Origin: Clostridia bacterium
GTDB taxonomy: Bacteria; Bacillota; Clostridia; Christensenellales; UBA1242
Assembly: GCA_017409005.1 (NCBI GenBank)
Contig: JAFQTP010000002.1
Location: 377,286 to 441,285, forward strand
Reading direction: 5' to 3'
Length of the DNA: 64,000 nt
A program made the translations under genes and the position numbers. Below the pieces are notes generated by a model. That model searched no databases. It worked only from the letters and a program-made list of their open reading frames with translations, and was not told the origin of the DNA. Every line of letters begins with the position of its first letter. Positions within the stretch are counted from its first letter, which is position 1. Below are positions 8,263 through 16,253 of this stretch, piece by piece.

Positions 8263-9927
8263 ATGAAAAAACTTTTAACTGGAATTTTCTCGCTAATACT
8301 TTGCGTTATGATGTTTGCGGGATGTAATTTAATAGAGCGTAACCCTAAAAAATATTATGGTCAAACCGTGGCTCAAATTGTTTATAACGATAACAAAGAA
8401 AAATCGTTTACCATGGAAGACTTGTTGCAAGCTTACAACAACTACGGATATCAACTTCAACAAAACGATTCGTCAATGTCTGGTGAAGATGCTTTAAAAC
8501 AAACTGCCGAACTAATGGTTCAACGTTATTTGCTTGTTGAACAAATTAAAGTTGAAATGGGCGAATTAACTCAAGCAGAAAAAAATGTATTAAAACGTCA
8601 AGCGTACGACCACATTAATTCTAGCTTAGCTTCTTTAGAAGACGAAATTAGAGTTGAGTGGGATAGGGTTGTTTCTGAAGAGGCAGAATCTACCGAAGAA
8701 AAAACTTCACTTCGTGCCGAATATACCCCTTACGAACCAACAGTTGTAAAAGAATATTACGAAGAAACCGTTAATGGTGTAACCAAATTAAAATACAGAC
8801 TTGCTAGAGTAGGTGCTGAAACTGAAGAAGAAGACACCTCCGACCCTGGCGAATTTAAACAAAATATTACTGATGCCGACATTAGTGCTGAAGCATGGAA
8901 GCGTTATATTAAAAATATTCAAGAAAACAACGAAGAACTTGGTAGAAATTATACCGATACAGAAGCTTTTAATGCCGAAGTTGACCGTATTTATGGTGTG
9001 TTAGAACAAAATAAATACATTTCAAAATATCAAGAACAATTAACAAAAAATTTAGAAATTAACACTCAAAACGTTGTTGAAAGTTATAAAGAAAAAGTTA
9101 AACGTGATTACGAACTTTATGCTAATAACGAAACAGCATATCACACTGCAATGGCAAACGATGCAAGTACAGTATACTACCACCCAAATAGTGGTAACGA
9201 ATATGTTTATATAACCCACATTTTATTTAAGTTCTCAGACGAGCAAACAGCAAAAATTGATGAACTTAAAAAGCTTTACACCTCTAACTCAATTACTAAA
9301 GAAGTATACGAAGCAAAACTTAATGAAGCTCAAGATATTGAAAAAACAGTTGTAACTTATGAGGAAAACGGCGTAACAAAAACAACAAGTGCAACCCTTG
9401 CTTATCAAGATATTTTGGCTAATGTTGGAAAATACGATAAAGATGTTCAATTTGAACTACGTGCTCAAGAATTTAACAAATACATTTATAAATATAACGA
9501 CGACGAAGGCATTATGAACAAAGATTTTGCTTACGTTGTTAACCTAGATACCAACGTTACCGACCAAATGGTTAAACCATTTGCTGACGAAGCACGTAGG
9601 CTTCAAAACGAAGAAGGCGTTGGTGCCATGAGCGAACCAATTTTAACCGATTATGGCTATCATGTTCTTTTAAATCTTGGTCCAGTTAAAAATGTTGTTG
9701 AATACGAAAATATTAACAACTTAACATGGGAAGCTTTATATAATGTAAAAACTCAACCATCAAGCGAAAAAACACTATTCCACGTTGAATATGATGCATT
9801 AAATGCTAATGCAGATTCTACAAAAGTTACAACAATTTTATCAAGTAAAATTGCCGATTTAACTGCAAAGGTTGAGGTAATTAAATATTGGGAAAAACGT
9901 TATTTAACACTTTTAGAACAAGAATAA
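8263..9927 (+). CDS. PrsA/SurA-like foldase lipoprotein (parvulin-type PPIase family, long form)
   Basis: 554 aa. It has a lipoprotein signal peptide with lipobox F-A-G-C (Cys21, 8323-8325). A long Glu/Lys-rich helical region precedes a C-terminal parvulin-like segment (FADEARRL...GAMSEPILTDYGYHVLLN). A PPIase lipoprotein directly after mfd is common in Clostridia. Confidence 0.55.
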   Translation: MKKLLTGIFSLILCVMMFAGCNLIERNPKKYYGQTVAQIVYNDNKEKSFTMEDLLQAYNNYGYQLQQNDSSMSGEDALKQTAELMVQRYLLVEQIKVEMGELTQAEKNVLKRQAYDHINSSLASLEDEIRVEWDRVVSEEAESTEEKTSLRAEYTPYEPTVVKEYYEETVNGVTKLKYRLARVGAETEEEDTSDPGEFKQNITDADISAEAWKRYIKNIQENNEELGRNYTDTEAFNAEVDRIYGVLEQNKYISKYQEQLTKNLEINTQNVVESYKEKVKRDYELYANNETAYHTAMANDASTVYYHPNSGNEYVYITHILFKFSDEQTAKIDELKKLYTSNSITKEVYEAKLNEAQDIEKTVVTYEENGVTKTTSATLAYQDILANVGKYDKDVQFELRAQEFNKYIYKYNDDEGIMNKDFAYVVNLDTNVTDQMVKPFADEARRLQNEEGVGAMSEPILTDYGYHVLLNLGPVKNVVEYENINNLTWEALYNVKTQPSSEKTLFHVEYDALNANADSTKVTTILSSKIADLTAKVEVIKYWEKRYLTLLEQE

Positions 9928-9933
9928 TTTAAA

Positions 9934-9962
9934 AACAAGCCTTGCTTAGGCTTGTTTTTTTG
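9934..9962 (+). terminator. rho-independent terminator
   Basis: Stem AACAAGCC (9934-9941) pairs with GGCTTGTT (9949-9956) across a 7-nt loop. A T-run follows. Confidence 0.8.
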
Positions 9963-9989
9963 TTTTAATTACTTAAAGTAATTAATTGT

Positions 9990-10019
9990 TTGACTTTAAC
10001 AAAATGTTTTTGTTATATT
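9990..10019 (+). promoter_or_regulatory. sigma-A-type promoter candidate
   Basis: TTGACT (9990-9995), an 18-nt spacer, then TATATT (10014-10019) with TG at 10011-10012 (extended -10). It lies about 60 nt upstream of the ATG at 10080. Confidence 0.45.
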
Positions 10020-10079
10020 AAGTTAAATAGATTTTGTGGTCTATAACTTTTTTTAGGTGCAATTATAAGGAAGAACTAA

Positions 10080-11489
10080 ATGCCACAACAAAATAAAGAT
10101 GAACAACTTAATAATGCTAAAAAAAATGTGTCAAAATGTACCTATTTTTTTTCTGACCGCACTCAAGAAAAGTTGGAATTAAAACCACAAAAAATTGCAA
10201 ATAAGCAATTAAAAAATAATAAACCAATAAAATATTCAACTGTGTTTGTTGTAGACAAACAAAATTTGCTTTTCCCAGAGGAGGAACTTAAAGGTGCTTC
10301 TGGTGCACCGGTTGAACTTGTTGTTTTAGAAGAGGCTAAAGAAAAGGTTGAAAACCAAAAATCAAATAAGTCTAAATGGCTTAATTTAGCATTTTTTGTT
10401 TTAAACATTATTATTTTGGCTGGCATTTTAATTTATCAAAGCACAACTTTTGGTGTTGTTTCGCTAGATGTGCTAAAAGAAAATGCACGGTTTAGTATTT
10501 TGTTTTTTACAATTTTATTGTTTGTTGTAATAATGCTTCTAGAAGCGCTTAGAACTCACATTTTGCTTTACAAGGCAACAAGGCAGTTTAGGCCATTTTT
10601 ATGCTACAAAGCCTCTGCAATTAGTCGCTACTACGATTGTGTTACACCGTTTGCCTCAGGTGGGCAACCATTCGAAATTTTTTATTTAAACAGTCGTGGC
10701 GTTCATGGTGGAATTGCAACAAGTGTTCCACTAACAAAAGCAATGTATAATAATGTTGCATTTATTTTAGTTTCTGTTATTGTTTTAATTTGTAATTCAA
10801 AAATTTTTACTGGGCAAGAACAAAATGTAATTATTATTTGGGGAATTATTAGTTTATGTATTTCCTGTTTGATACTACTTATTTTAATTTTGTTTGCAAT
10901 TAGTAAACGCATAATGCCTAAAATTTTAATGTCGTGTTTAAGGCTTGGCAAACGTATGCATTTTATAAAAGACGAACGCGTGTTGTTTTCTAAATGTATG
11001 CGAACAATTTTAGAGTATCAAAAAAGCACAAAACACTATATTGCTAATGTTTGGATAACTCTTGGCTCAGTGCTTTGCTCTGCAACAATAATTATTGTTA
11101 AGGCATTTATTCCTGTAATGCTTTATTGGGCTTTTCATGTTAACGTTACAGCTGAGGTTGTTATTGAAATTTTAAGCAAATTTATTTTAGTTGAACTAGC
11201 AACAAAATACATTCCAATCCCAGGTGGAAGCGGTGTTGCCGAAATTTCGTTCTCGGCACTATTTATGGCTTTGTTTACCGATGGAACATTGTTCTGGGCA
11301 ATGCTTTTCTGGCGAATAATGAACTACTTTATTTATTTGCTTCAAGGCATGATTGTTTTAATCTACGATTTTGCTTATGGTAACAAAAAGAATAAAGCAT
11401 TCAAAATTAAACTAGCAGAAAAAGAACAAGAAATTTTAAAACGTACAAAACATGCAAAAATAAACAAAAACAACATAAAACAAAAATAA
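10080..11489 (+). CDS. flippase-like / lysylphosphatidylglycerol-synthase-TM-region family membrane protein (UPF0104-like)
   Basis: 469 aa. A ~100-aa hydrophilic N-terminus precedes about 8 hydrophobic helices. Two P-x-GG motifs typical of the LPG_synthase_TM family are present (CVTPFASGGQPFEIFYL; IPIPGGSGVAEISF). RBS AAGGAAG lies 7 nt upstream. Confidence 0.5.
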   Translation: MPQQNKDEQLNNAKKNVSKCTYFFSDRTQEKLELKPQKIANKQLKNNKPIKYSTVFVVDKQNLLFPEEELKGASGAPVELVVLEEAKEKVENQKSNKSKWLNLAFFVLNIIILAGILIYQSTTFGVVSLDVLKENARFSILFFTILLFVVIMLLEALRTHILLYKATRQFRPFLCYKASAISRYYDCVTPFASGGQPFEIFYLNSRGVHGGIATSVPLTKAMYNNVAFILVSVIVLICNSKIFTGQEQNVIIIWGIISLCISCLILLILILFAISKRIMPKILMSCLRLGKRMHFIKDERVLFSKCMRTILEYQKSTKHYIANVWITLGSVLCSATIIIVKAFIPVMLYWAFHVNVTAEVVIEILSKFILVELATKYIPIPGGSGVAEISFSALFMALFTDGTLFWAMLFWRIMNYFIYLLQGMIVLIYDFAYGNKKNKAFKIKLAEKEQEILKRTKHAKINKNNIKQK

Positions 11490-11491
11490 CA

Positions 11492-11516
11492 AAAACGCCT
11501 AAATGTAGGCGTTTTT
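11492..11516. terminator. bidirectional rho-independent terminator between convergent genes
   Basis: AAAACGCCT (11492-11500) pairs with AGGCGTTTT (11507-11515) across a 6-nt loop. A-run and T-run flanks let it terminate both the + gene ending at 11489 and the - gene ending at 11537. Confidence 0.8.
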
Positions 11517-11536
11517 ATTTTACACAATTTGTTTTG

Positions 11537-12955
11537 TTACGAAAAAAACGGCACTGTTCGGTTGGTGTGGTCGTAAACCTCCTCACAGTTAAATAGATGG
11601 CTATAGTAATCGGAAAATGTTCTTAAGGTTCGTCCATCAATAGGTTTTCGGTCCATAAGCAAGGTGTGCGTGTGGTTAGTGCCAATTGGAACATAATTAA
11701 AAAATGTTTTAGCCCCAACACCGCAAAACAATTCAAATCCGGAATCAAGCAAAAGTTTATGTTTATAGCAAATGTTTCCATCGTTTTGAATAACTTCCCA
11801 TTCGCCATAAGGATACATATAAATGCTGGTTTTTCCTATAATTGGTTCAACTTCGTTTTGCCAGTTATAAATTTCTTTTGCAAATTCCATATCGCTAATT
11901 TCTTTCATGTGATAGTGTCCGTAGCTGTGGCAAGCAAATTTCCAACCAAGTTTTTTGAGTTTACTAACAACTTCTTGGGCTTTTTTTATTTCGTAACGGC
12001 TTGTGGCATTGCTTTTTTGTGTCCTATATCCTAAAATTCCGTCGTAACCAGTTAAACAAATAACCCCCTTTGCTCCATTATGGCTAAAATCCGGGTAAGT
12101 TTTAACAAAGTTTTCTAAAATAGGGATAAACTCGTTGTCGTAGCTAATTCGGTCTGCAATTGATTTTTTTGAGGTGTAGGTGGCAATGTTTCCGTTTCTA
12201 TCTAAAATAATTTTATCAACCATGCCTCGGTTTTCTTTCTTACTATCGTAATTGCAGTCGTCAAACGAAAAAATAAGTGGTTTTTTGCCGGCGGGCAAAT
12301 ATAATGTTTTTTGTTTTGAAACACCATTAACGTTTTCATAAATGCTATCAATGTCTACTAAAACATAGTTTTTGTTATATAAACTCATTAAAATCTTTTT
12401 AAACTCGTCTGGCGTTAGGCAATCGCGGTCAAAATCGGCGCTTAATGGGTTTTTAGGGTTTAGTGCAACTTCTGGAAAAGCAAGCAAACAATGAGTAAAT
12501 AAATGCTCAATTTCGCCTTTATATTCAACCAAGTTTTTGTTTTTAATTTGGTTTGAATTATATTTTATTAAAGCATTAACATTTTCGTCGTTTTTATAGT
12601 ATTTGTGTTTGCTATTAAGCAGGTTTAAAGCAAAAGCATAGTCGCCATTTTCCGAATAAACATTTGCTTCGCTCAGTAAAATGTTTTTATATTCTTTAAT
12701 TAATTCGTTAAATTTGTTTAAATTAAACCTAATTAGGCACATATCTAAATTTTCTATTTGCTCTAAAGTGTTAAATGCCTTTTTATATTCTTTTTTGTCA
12801 ATTAAATTAACAATGTCTTGCACTTGTTGTGTTTGAATTTGTTCTTTGAAAATCAAATTGCTTGGTAGTGCGTATGTTGGTGTAATTGAACAAACTAAAC
12901 AAACAACTATTATTAAGTTAACAAATACAATTTGTTTAAGTTCAAGTAATTTCAT
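11537..12955 (-). CDS. polysaccharide deacetylase family protein (NodB homology domain), membrane-anchored or secreted
   Basis: 472 aa. An N-terminal hydrophobic anchor or signal (VNLIIVVCLVCSITPTYA) is followed by a helical region. NodB motifs are LIFSFDDCNYDS (TFDDG-type) and CHSYGHYHM (H-S/T-x-x-H). Confidence 0.75.
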   Translation of the reverse strand: MKLLELKQIVFVNLIIVVCLVCSITPTYALPSNLIFKEQIQTQQVQDIVNLIDKKEYKKAFNTLEQIENLDMCLIRFNLNKFNELIKEYKNILLSEANVYSENGDYAFALNLLNSKHKYYKNDENVNALIKYNSNQIKNKNLVEYKGEIEHLFTHCLLAFPEVALNPKNPLSADFDRDCLTPDEFKKILMSLYNKNYVLVDIDSIYENVNGVSKQKTLYLPAGKKPLIFSFDDCNYDSKKENRGMVDKIILDRNGNIATYTSKKSIADRISYDNEFIPILENFVKTYPDFSHNGAKGVICLTGYDGILGYRTQKSNATSRYEIKKAQEVVSKLKKLGWKFACHSYGHYHMKEISDMEFAKEIYNWQNEVEPIIGKTSIYMYPYGEWEVIQNDGNICYKHKLLLDSGFELFCGVGAKTFFNYVPIGTNHTHTLLMDRKPIDGRTLRTFSDYYSHLFNCEEVYDHTNRTVPFFS

Positions 12956-13134
12956 AATTTTAGTATGTTTATTAAAATATAAATTATTTAAAGAGTGTGT
13001 CTATAATATAAAACGTTTAATTATTGTTTATTTCGTCATGTGCTTTCGTTTTTCGTCAAAACATTGCAAGTTTAATATTTTAATAAATTTACTTTAAGTT
13101 TTAAAATATATTAAAAATGTTTTAAGGAAAAGTT

Positions 13135-14277
13135 ATGGATATTATTTCTGGTAAAGATGCAAGCAATCAAGCATTAAGCCTAATAAGTAAAAAATACAGG
13201 CTTTTTAAAGTTTTAATTTTAACACCTCAAAGTGGTAATAATGTTATAGGCTTGCTAATTGAACAAATTATTAAAGCGGTTAAATGTGCTTATGTGTTAA
13301 AAATACCTAAAGGTGCACGTGAAATGGGAGTGCTTAAAACACTTATAGGTGCACAACTTACCGACGATGTGGGTTTAATTGTAAACTTTTGCGACGAAGC
13401 TGTTTTAAATGCGGCAAATGAAGTTTGTGGAAAAATAAAAATTTTAAGCTTTTTAACCGAACCCAATTTAAACATTGTTTTATCTAATTCAAATTTTTTA
13501 GTTGTAGATAATAACTTAATTTCTAATGCCACTTGTAAAAGTGTTGCAAATTGTTATGGGGTAGTTTGTGCTTGCTCATTTTATTTGATGGAGCAAGTTT
13601 TTAATAGGGCGGTTTTTGGGGTTAACTATAATGCGCAAAACTTGCTAGAAGTTGAAAACATTTTGCAAAGCCTAGTTCTTATTCCGGCGGCACTTTTAAA
13701 GCAGAGTATGGGTAAGCTTATGCTTACAAACATTTGTGTTAAATTAAGAAAATACATTAGTTTAACTGATTATAACAATAGTTATGTAAACACACTTGCA
13801 AATTTAATTTTAGATGTTTCAAAACATAAAACCTTAACAAATGGCGAAGCTTTAATTATTTCAAGCGTGCTTTGTTTTAAAATGTTTAAGGTGCTTGTAA
13901 ATTCACTAAGTTTAAGTGCTCAAATAGGTTTTAATTCTTATATGAGAATTAAAAACCATAAAAATTTAAATAAAAATTTTAGTTTTAGCGGTGTAACAAA
14001 ATCGTTTTTTTGTAATGAAAACTTAAATGAGCATATAAATAATTTCTTTAAAATTAAAACGTCGTTTGCTGTTGTTTTTAATACGTACGAGAATATGTTT
14101 AATAAACTATTGAATATATTTAAAGGGTTGTATTTAGATAGGGGAATTTGTTTAAATAAATTTTTAATTGAATCAAATTTAATTGCAGCTGTTAATGCAA
14201 TTCCCGAACAATTTTCGCACCCATGTTTTGCAACATTTTTGCGAGATGTTGGGTTGCTTAATAAATTTGATGTTTAA
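13135..14277 (+). CDS. hypothetical protein (380 aa, cytoplasmic; possibly a degenerate DHQS/Fe-ADH-like fold)
   Basis: Clean ORF with RBS AAGGAAAAG and no signal peptide or TM segment. Only a weak, order-preserving resemblance to glycerol-1-phosphate dehydrogenase / Fe-ADH-like proteins, and without their GGG or metal motifs. Function not assignable. Confidence 0.5.
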   Translation: MDIISGKDASNQALSLISKKYRLFKVLILTPQSGNNVIGLLIEQIIKAVKCAYVLKIPKGAREMGVLKTLIGAQLTDDVGLIVNFCDEAVLNAANEVCGKIKILSFLTEPNLNIVLSNSNFLVVDNNLISNATCKSVANCYGVVCACSFYLMEQVFNRAVFGVNYNAQNLLEVENILQSLVLIPAALLKQSMGKLMLTNICVKLRKYISLTDYNNSYVNTLANLILDVSKHKTLTNGEALIISSVLCFKMFKVLVNSLSLSAQIGFNSYMRIKNHKNLNKNFSFSGVTKSFFCNENLNEHINNFFKIKTSFAVVFNTYENMFNKLLNIFKGLYLDRGICLNKFLIESNLIAAVNAIPEQFSHPCFATFLRDVGLLNKFDV

Positions 14278-14325
14278 AAAAATAAAACAAGTGAAACATT
14301 GTAGTAAATGGTTTAGAGGTTCTAC

Positions 14326-14781
14326 ATGAAAAAATTACTTGTTTTATTTTTTTTGTTGGTTAGTTTATTTTGCTTAAATACGTTTCAAGCTCAAAGTTTG
14401 TTTAGTGTGTTTGCATCAGATGCGGAAACATTTTTTTTAACAACAAATTCACCATTGTCAACAAGTGTAAAAGGTGTAAAAAATGGTGGTGGTTATGTTT
14501 ATAGTTTTAATAAGTCAACATTAAATTCGGCTGGTTTAAATTTGAAAAATATTACAAGCCAAAGTGTTGTTTTAAATAATAAAAGTTTTAATTACATACA
14601 ACAAAAATTAAACTTAAAAATTGTTAGCAAATCTAACACTAATAATGTTATGGAAATATTAGGCTATTCTAATAAACTAAAAAATTTTGTTTATGTAAAT
14701 GGAAATAAAGTAAACATTCAAATTGCATTAAATAAAACCAACGCCATTGTGGGTTATCCGTTAATTTTGCAAGGTTTTTAA
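14326..14781 (+). CDS. small secreted protein, unknown function (weak YwmB/DUF1779-like C-terminus)
   Basis: 151 aa with an N-terminal signal peptide (MKKLLVLFFLLVSLFCLNTFQA). The C-terminal NGNKVNIQIALNKTNAIVGYPLILQGF resembles the YwmB-family ending (..N-x-Q-x-A......G-T-P-x-I). This is recognised by eye only. Confidence 0.45.
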   Translation: MKKLLVLFFLLVSLFCLNTFQAQSLFSVFASDAETFFLTTNSPLSTSVKGVKNGGGYVYSFNKSTLNSAGLNLKNITSQSVVLNNKSFNYIQQKLNLKIVSKSNTNNVMEILGYSNKLKNFVYVNGNKVNIQIALNKTNAIVGYPLILQGF

Positions 14782-14848
14782 AAGTTTTGTGTATAAATTT
14801 TATAATGCTGGAAATTATTTAATAATAAATTTTTGGAGGATACAAAAC

Positions 14849-15427
14849 ATGAAAGAAAAACTAAACAAACAAGGAGTTTTAAGCTTTTTAAAAAAGTATG
14901 GCTACATTATTGCATTAGCAACCATTATGCTAGTTTTAAGCATTATTTTAATAGTTTCTGCCAACAACGACGAGGTTGTTGACAATAAACCAGTTAATGC
15001 CGACCCAATTTCTTTTTATAGTCCGCTTTTAACTTACACCATTGCAAAAGATTATAACGACACAAATTTAGTTTATAACACCACATTAAAACAATGGGAA
15101 GCCCATAAAGGAATTTGCTTTACCGCACCAGAAAATAGCGAGGTTTTTGCCTGTTTAGATGGTGTTGTAGAAGACGTTTATTCTAACCACTTAAGTGGTA
15201 CGGTTGTGGTTATAAACCATAGCAACAACCTAAAAACTTACTACTCAAGTTTAAACGAAAATGTGGCTGTAAAAAAGGGCGACACTGTTACTAAAGGTGA
15301 TGTAATTGGAAGAGTTGGTGTAACTGGAAATAGTGAGTTAGAACTTGGCAATCATTTACACTTTGAGGTTACTGAAAACAATGTTAAAGTTGACCCTTCA
15401 ATTTATTTAAATTTGGAAAACAAATAA
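14849..15427 (+). CDS. membrane-anchored LytM/M23-domain protein with degenerate active site (SpoIIQ-like architecture)
   Basis: 193 aa from the ATG at 14849 (RBS GGAGGA 14835-14840). One N-terminal TM helix (IIALATIMLVLSIILIV) precedes an M23 domain. HKGICFTAPENSEVFA stands in place of HxGID, YYSSL in place of YxHL, and GNHLHFEV (HxH) is intact. It lies just upstream of spoIIID, as spoIIQ does in Clostridioides difficile. Confidence 0.8.
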   Translation: MKEKLNKQGVLSFLKKYGYIIALATIMLVLSIILIVSANNDEVVDNKPVNADPISFYSPLLTYTIAKDYNDTNLVYNTTLKQWEAHKGICFTAPENSEVFACLDGVVEDVYSNHLSGTVVVINHSNNLKTYYSSLNENVAVKKGDTVTKGDVIGRVGVTGNSELELGNHLHFEVTENNVKVDPSIYLNLENK

Positions 15428-15476
15428 CACCCTTTTGTTAGTTTTTTGAGGCGTGCTAAAAAAATAGTTTTTTCGC

Positions 15477-15505
15477 TTTACAAAAAAAAATATTATTTTT
15501 ATAAT
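15477..15505 (+). promoter_or_regulatory. sigma-A-type promoter for acpP
   Basis: TTTACA (15477-15482), a 17-nt spacer, then a perfect TATAAT (15500-15505). It lies about 32 nt upstream of the ATG at 15538 (RBS GAAGGAG). Confidence 0.6.
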
Positions 15506-15537
15506 ATTCGTAGCAACTATTTTGAAGGAGTCCAAAT

Positions 15538-15777
15538 ATGGCAGCAACACTAGATAGAATTAAAAGTTTATTATCAAGTCAACTTGGAATTAAAGAAGAT
15601 AGAATTCAACTTAAATCCAGAATCCTTGAGGACCTAGGCGCAGACTCTCTTGACCTAGTTGAATTGCTTATGACTTTAGAAGATGAATTTAACGTTACAG
15701 TTAGCGATGAAGACGCTGTAAAATTAAAAACCGTTGAAGACATTGTTAAAATTATTGAAGCAACTCAAGGTAAATAA
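15538..15777 (+). CDS. acpP: acyl carrier protein
   Basis: 79 aa. LGADSLDLVELLMTLEDEF contains the phosphopantetheine-attachment D-S-L motif. The protein is acidic and of typical ACP length. Confidence 0.9.
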   Translation: MAATLDRIKSLLSSQLGIKEDRIQLKSRILEDLGADSLDLVELLMTLEDEFNVTVSDEDAVKLKTVEDIVKIIEATQGK

Positions 15778-15812
15778 TAATTTGAAATTTAAACAATTCT
15801 AAAATAAAAATT

Positions 15813-15841
15813 GCTAACCTACTTTAGGCTAGCTTTTTTTA
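15813..15841 (+). terminator. rho-independent terminator after acpP
   Basis: GCTAACCT (15813-15820) pairs with AGGCTAGC (15826-15833) with one mismatch. T7+ follows. Confidence 0.6.
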
Positions 15842-15862
15842 TTTTTATATTTAAAAGTTTTG

Positions 15863-15891
15863 TAATATTTTGTCGCAACTTGTCATACACA
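15863..15891 (+). promoter_or_regulatory. sigma-E-type (mother-cell) promoter candidate for spoIIID
   Basis: TAATATT (15863-15869) fits kmATATT. A 14-nt spacer follows, then CATACAca (15884-15891), which fits CATACA-T except at the last base. It ends 25 nt upstream of the spoIIID ATG. Confidence 0.5.
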
Positions 15892-15915
15892 TTTAAAAAG
15901 TTTTGAGGTGTGTGC

Positions 15916-16164
15916 ATGCTAAGGGCAGAAGAATTTGCAAACTATATTATTTTAAATAATGCAACCATTAGAGCAACCGCAAAGGTTTTTAACATAAGTA
16001 AAAGCACAGTTCATTTAGATGTTTCAAAAAGGTTAAAGTTAATAAATGTTTCGTTGTATAAACAGGTGCAAAAAGTTTTAGAAACAAATTTTAACGAACG
16101 AAACATTAGGGGTGGCATGGCAACTAAAACAAAATATCAAAAATTAAAAGAAAAGGCGAAGTAA
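15916..16164 (+). CDS. spoIIID: sporulation transcriptional regulator SpoIIID
   Basis: 82 aa from the ATG at 15916 (RBS GAGGTG 15905-15910). ...IRATAKVFNISKSTVHLDVSKRL...NIRGGMATKTKYQK is collinear with B. subtilis SpoIIID (VRVIAKEFGVSKSTVHKDLTERL...HLRGGEATKLKYKK). Confidence 0.82.
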   Translation: MLRAEEFANYIILNNATIRATAKVFNISKSTVHLDVSKRLKLINVSLYKQVQKVLETNFNERNIRGGMATKTKYQKLKEKAK

Positions 16165-16184
16165 AATTCTTTGCCTTATTTTTT
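16153..16184 (+). terminator. rho-independent terminator after spoIIID
   Basis: A 9-bp stem (16153-16161 with 16169-16177, one G-U pair) and a 7-nt loop overlap the stop codon. ATTTTTT follows. Confidence 0.65.
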
Positions 16185-16224
16185 ACAACATTCAACAAAA
16201 AGTTGCAAAACTATTTTAAGTTGT

Positions 16225-16253
16225 TTGACAATTGTTTATAAACAAAATATAAT
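16225..16253 (+). promoter_or_regulatory. consensus sigma-A promoter of giant gene 1
   Basis: Perfect TTGACA (16225-16230), a 17-nt spacer, then a perfect TATAAT (16248-16253). The predicted leader to the ATG at 16377 is about 117 nt (RBS GGAGA 16366-16370). Confidence 0.7.

Noticed and set aside
8813-9004. 63-aa same-strand ORF in another frame inside the PrsA-like gene.
   Set aside because: It lies fully inside a supported CDS, has no RBS, and is Lys/Leu-rich frame-shift noise.
11666-13097. Plus-strand ORFs 11666-12034 and 12846-13097 opposite the polysaccharide deacetylase gene and its 5' region.
   Set aside because: Both are antisense to a CDS with clear NodB motifs. The second runs across that gene's start and its promoter region, and has no RBS or motif.
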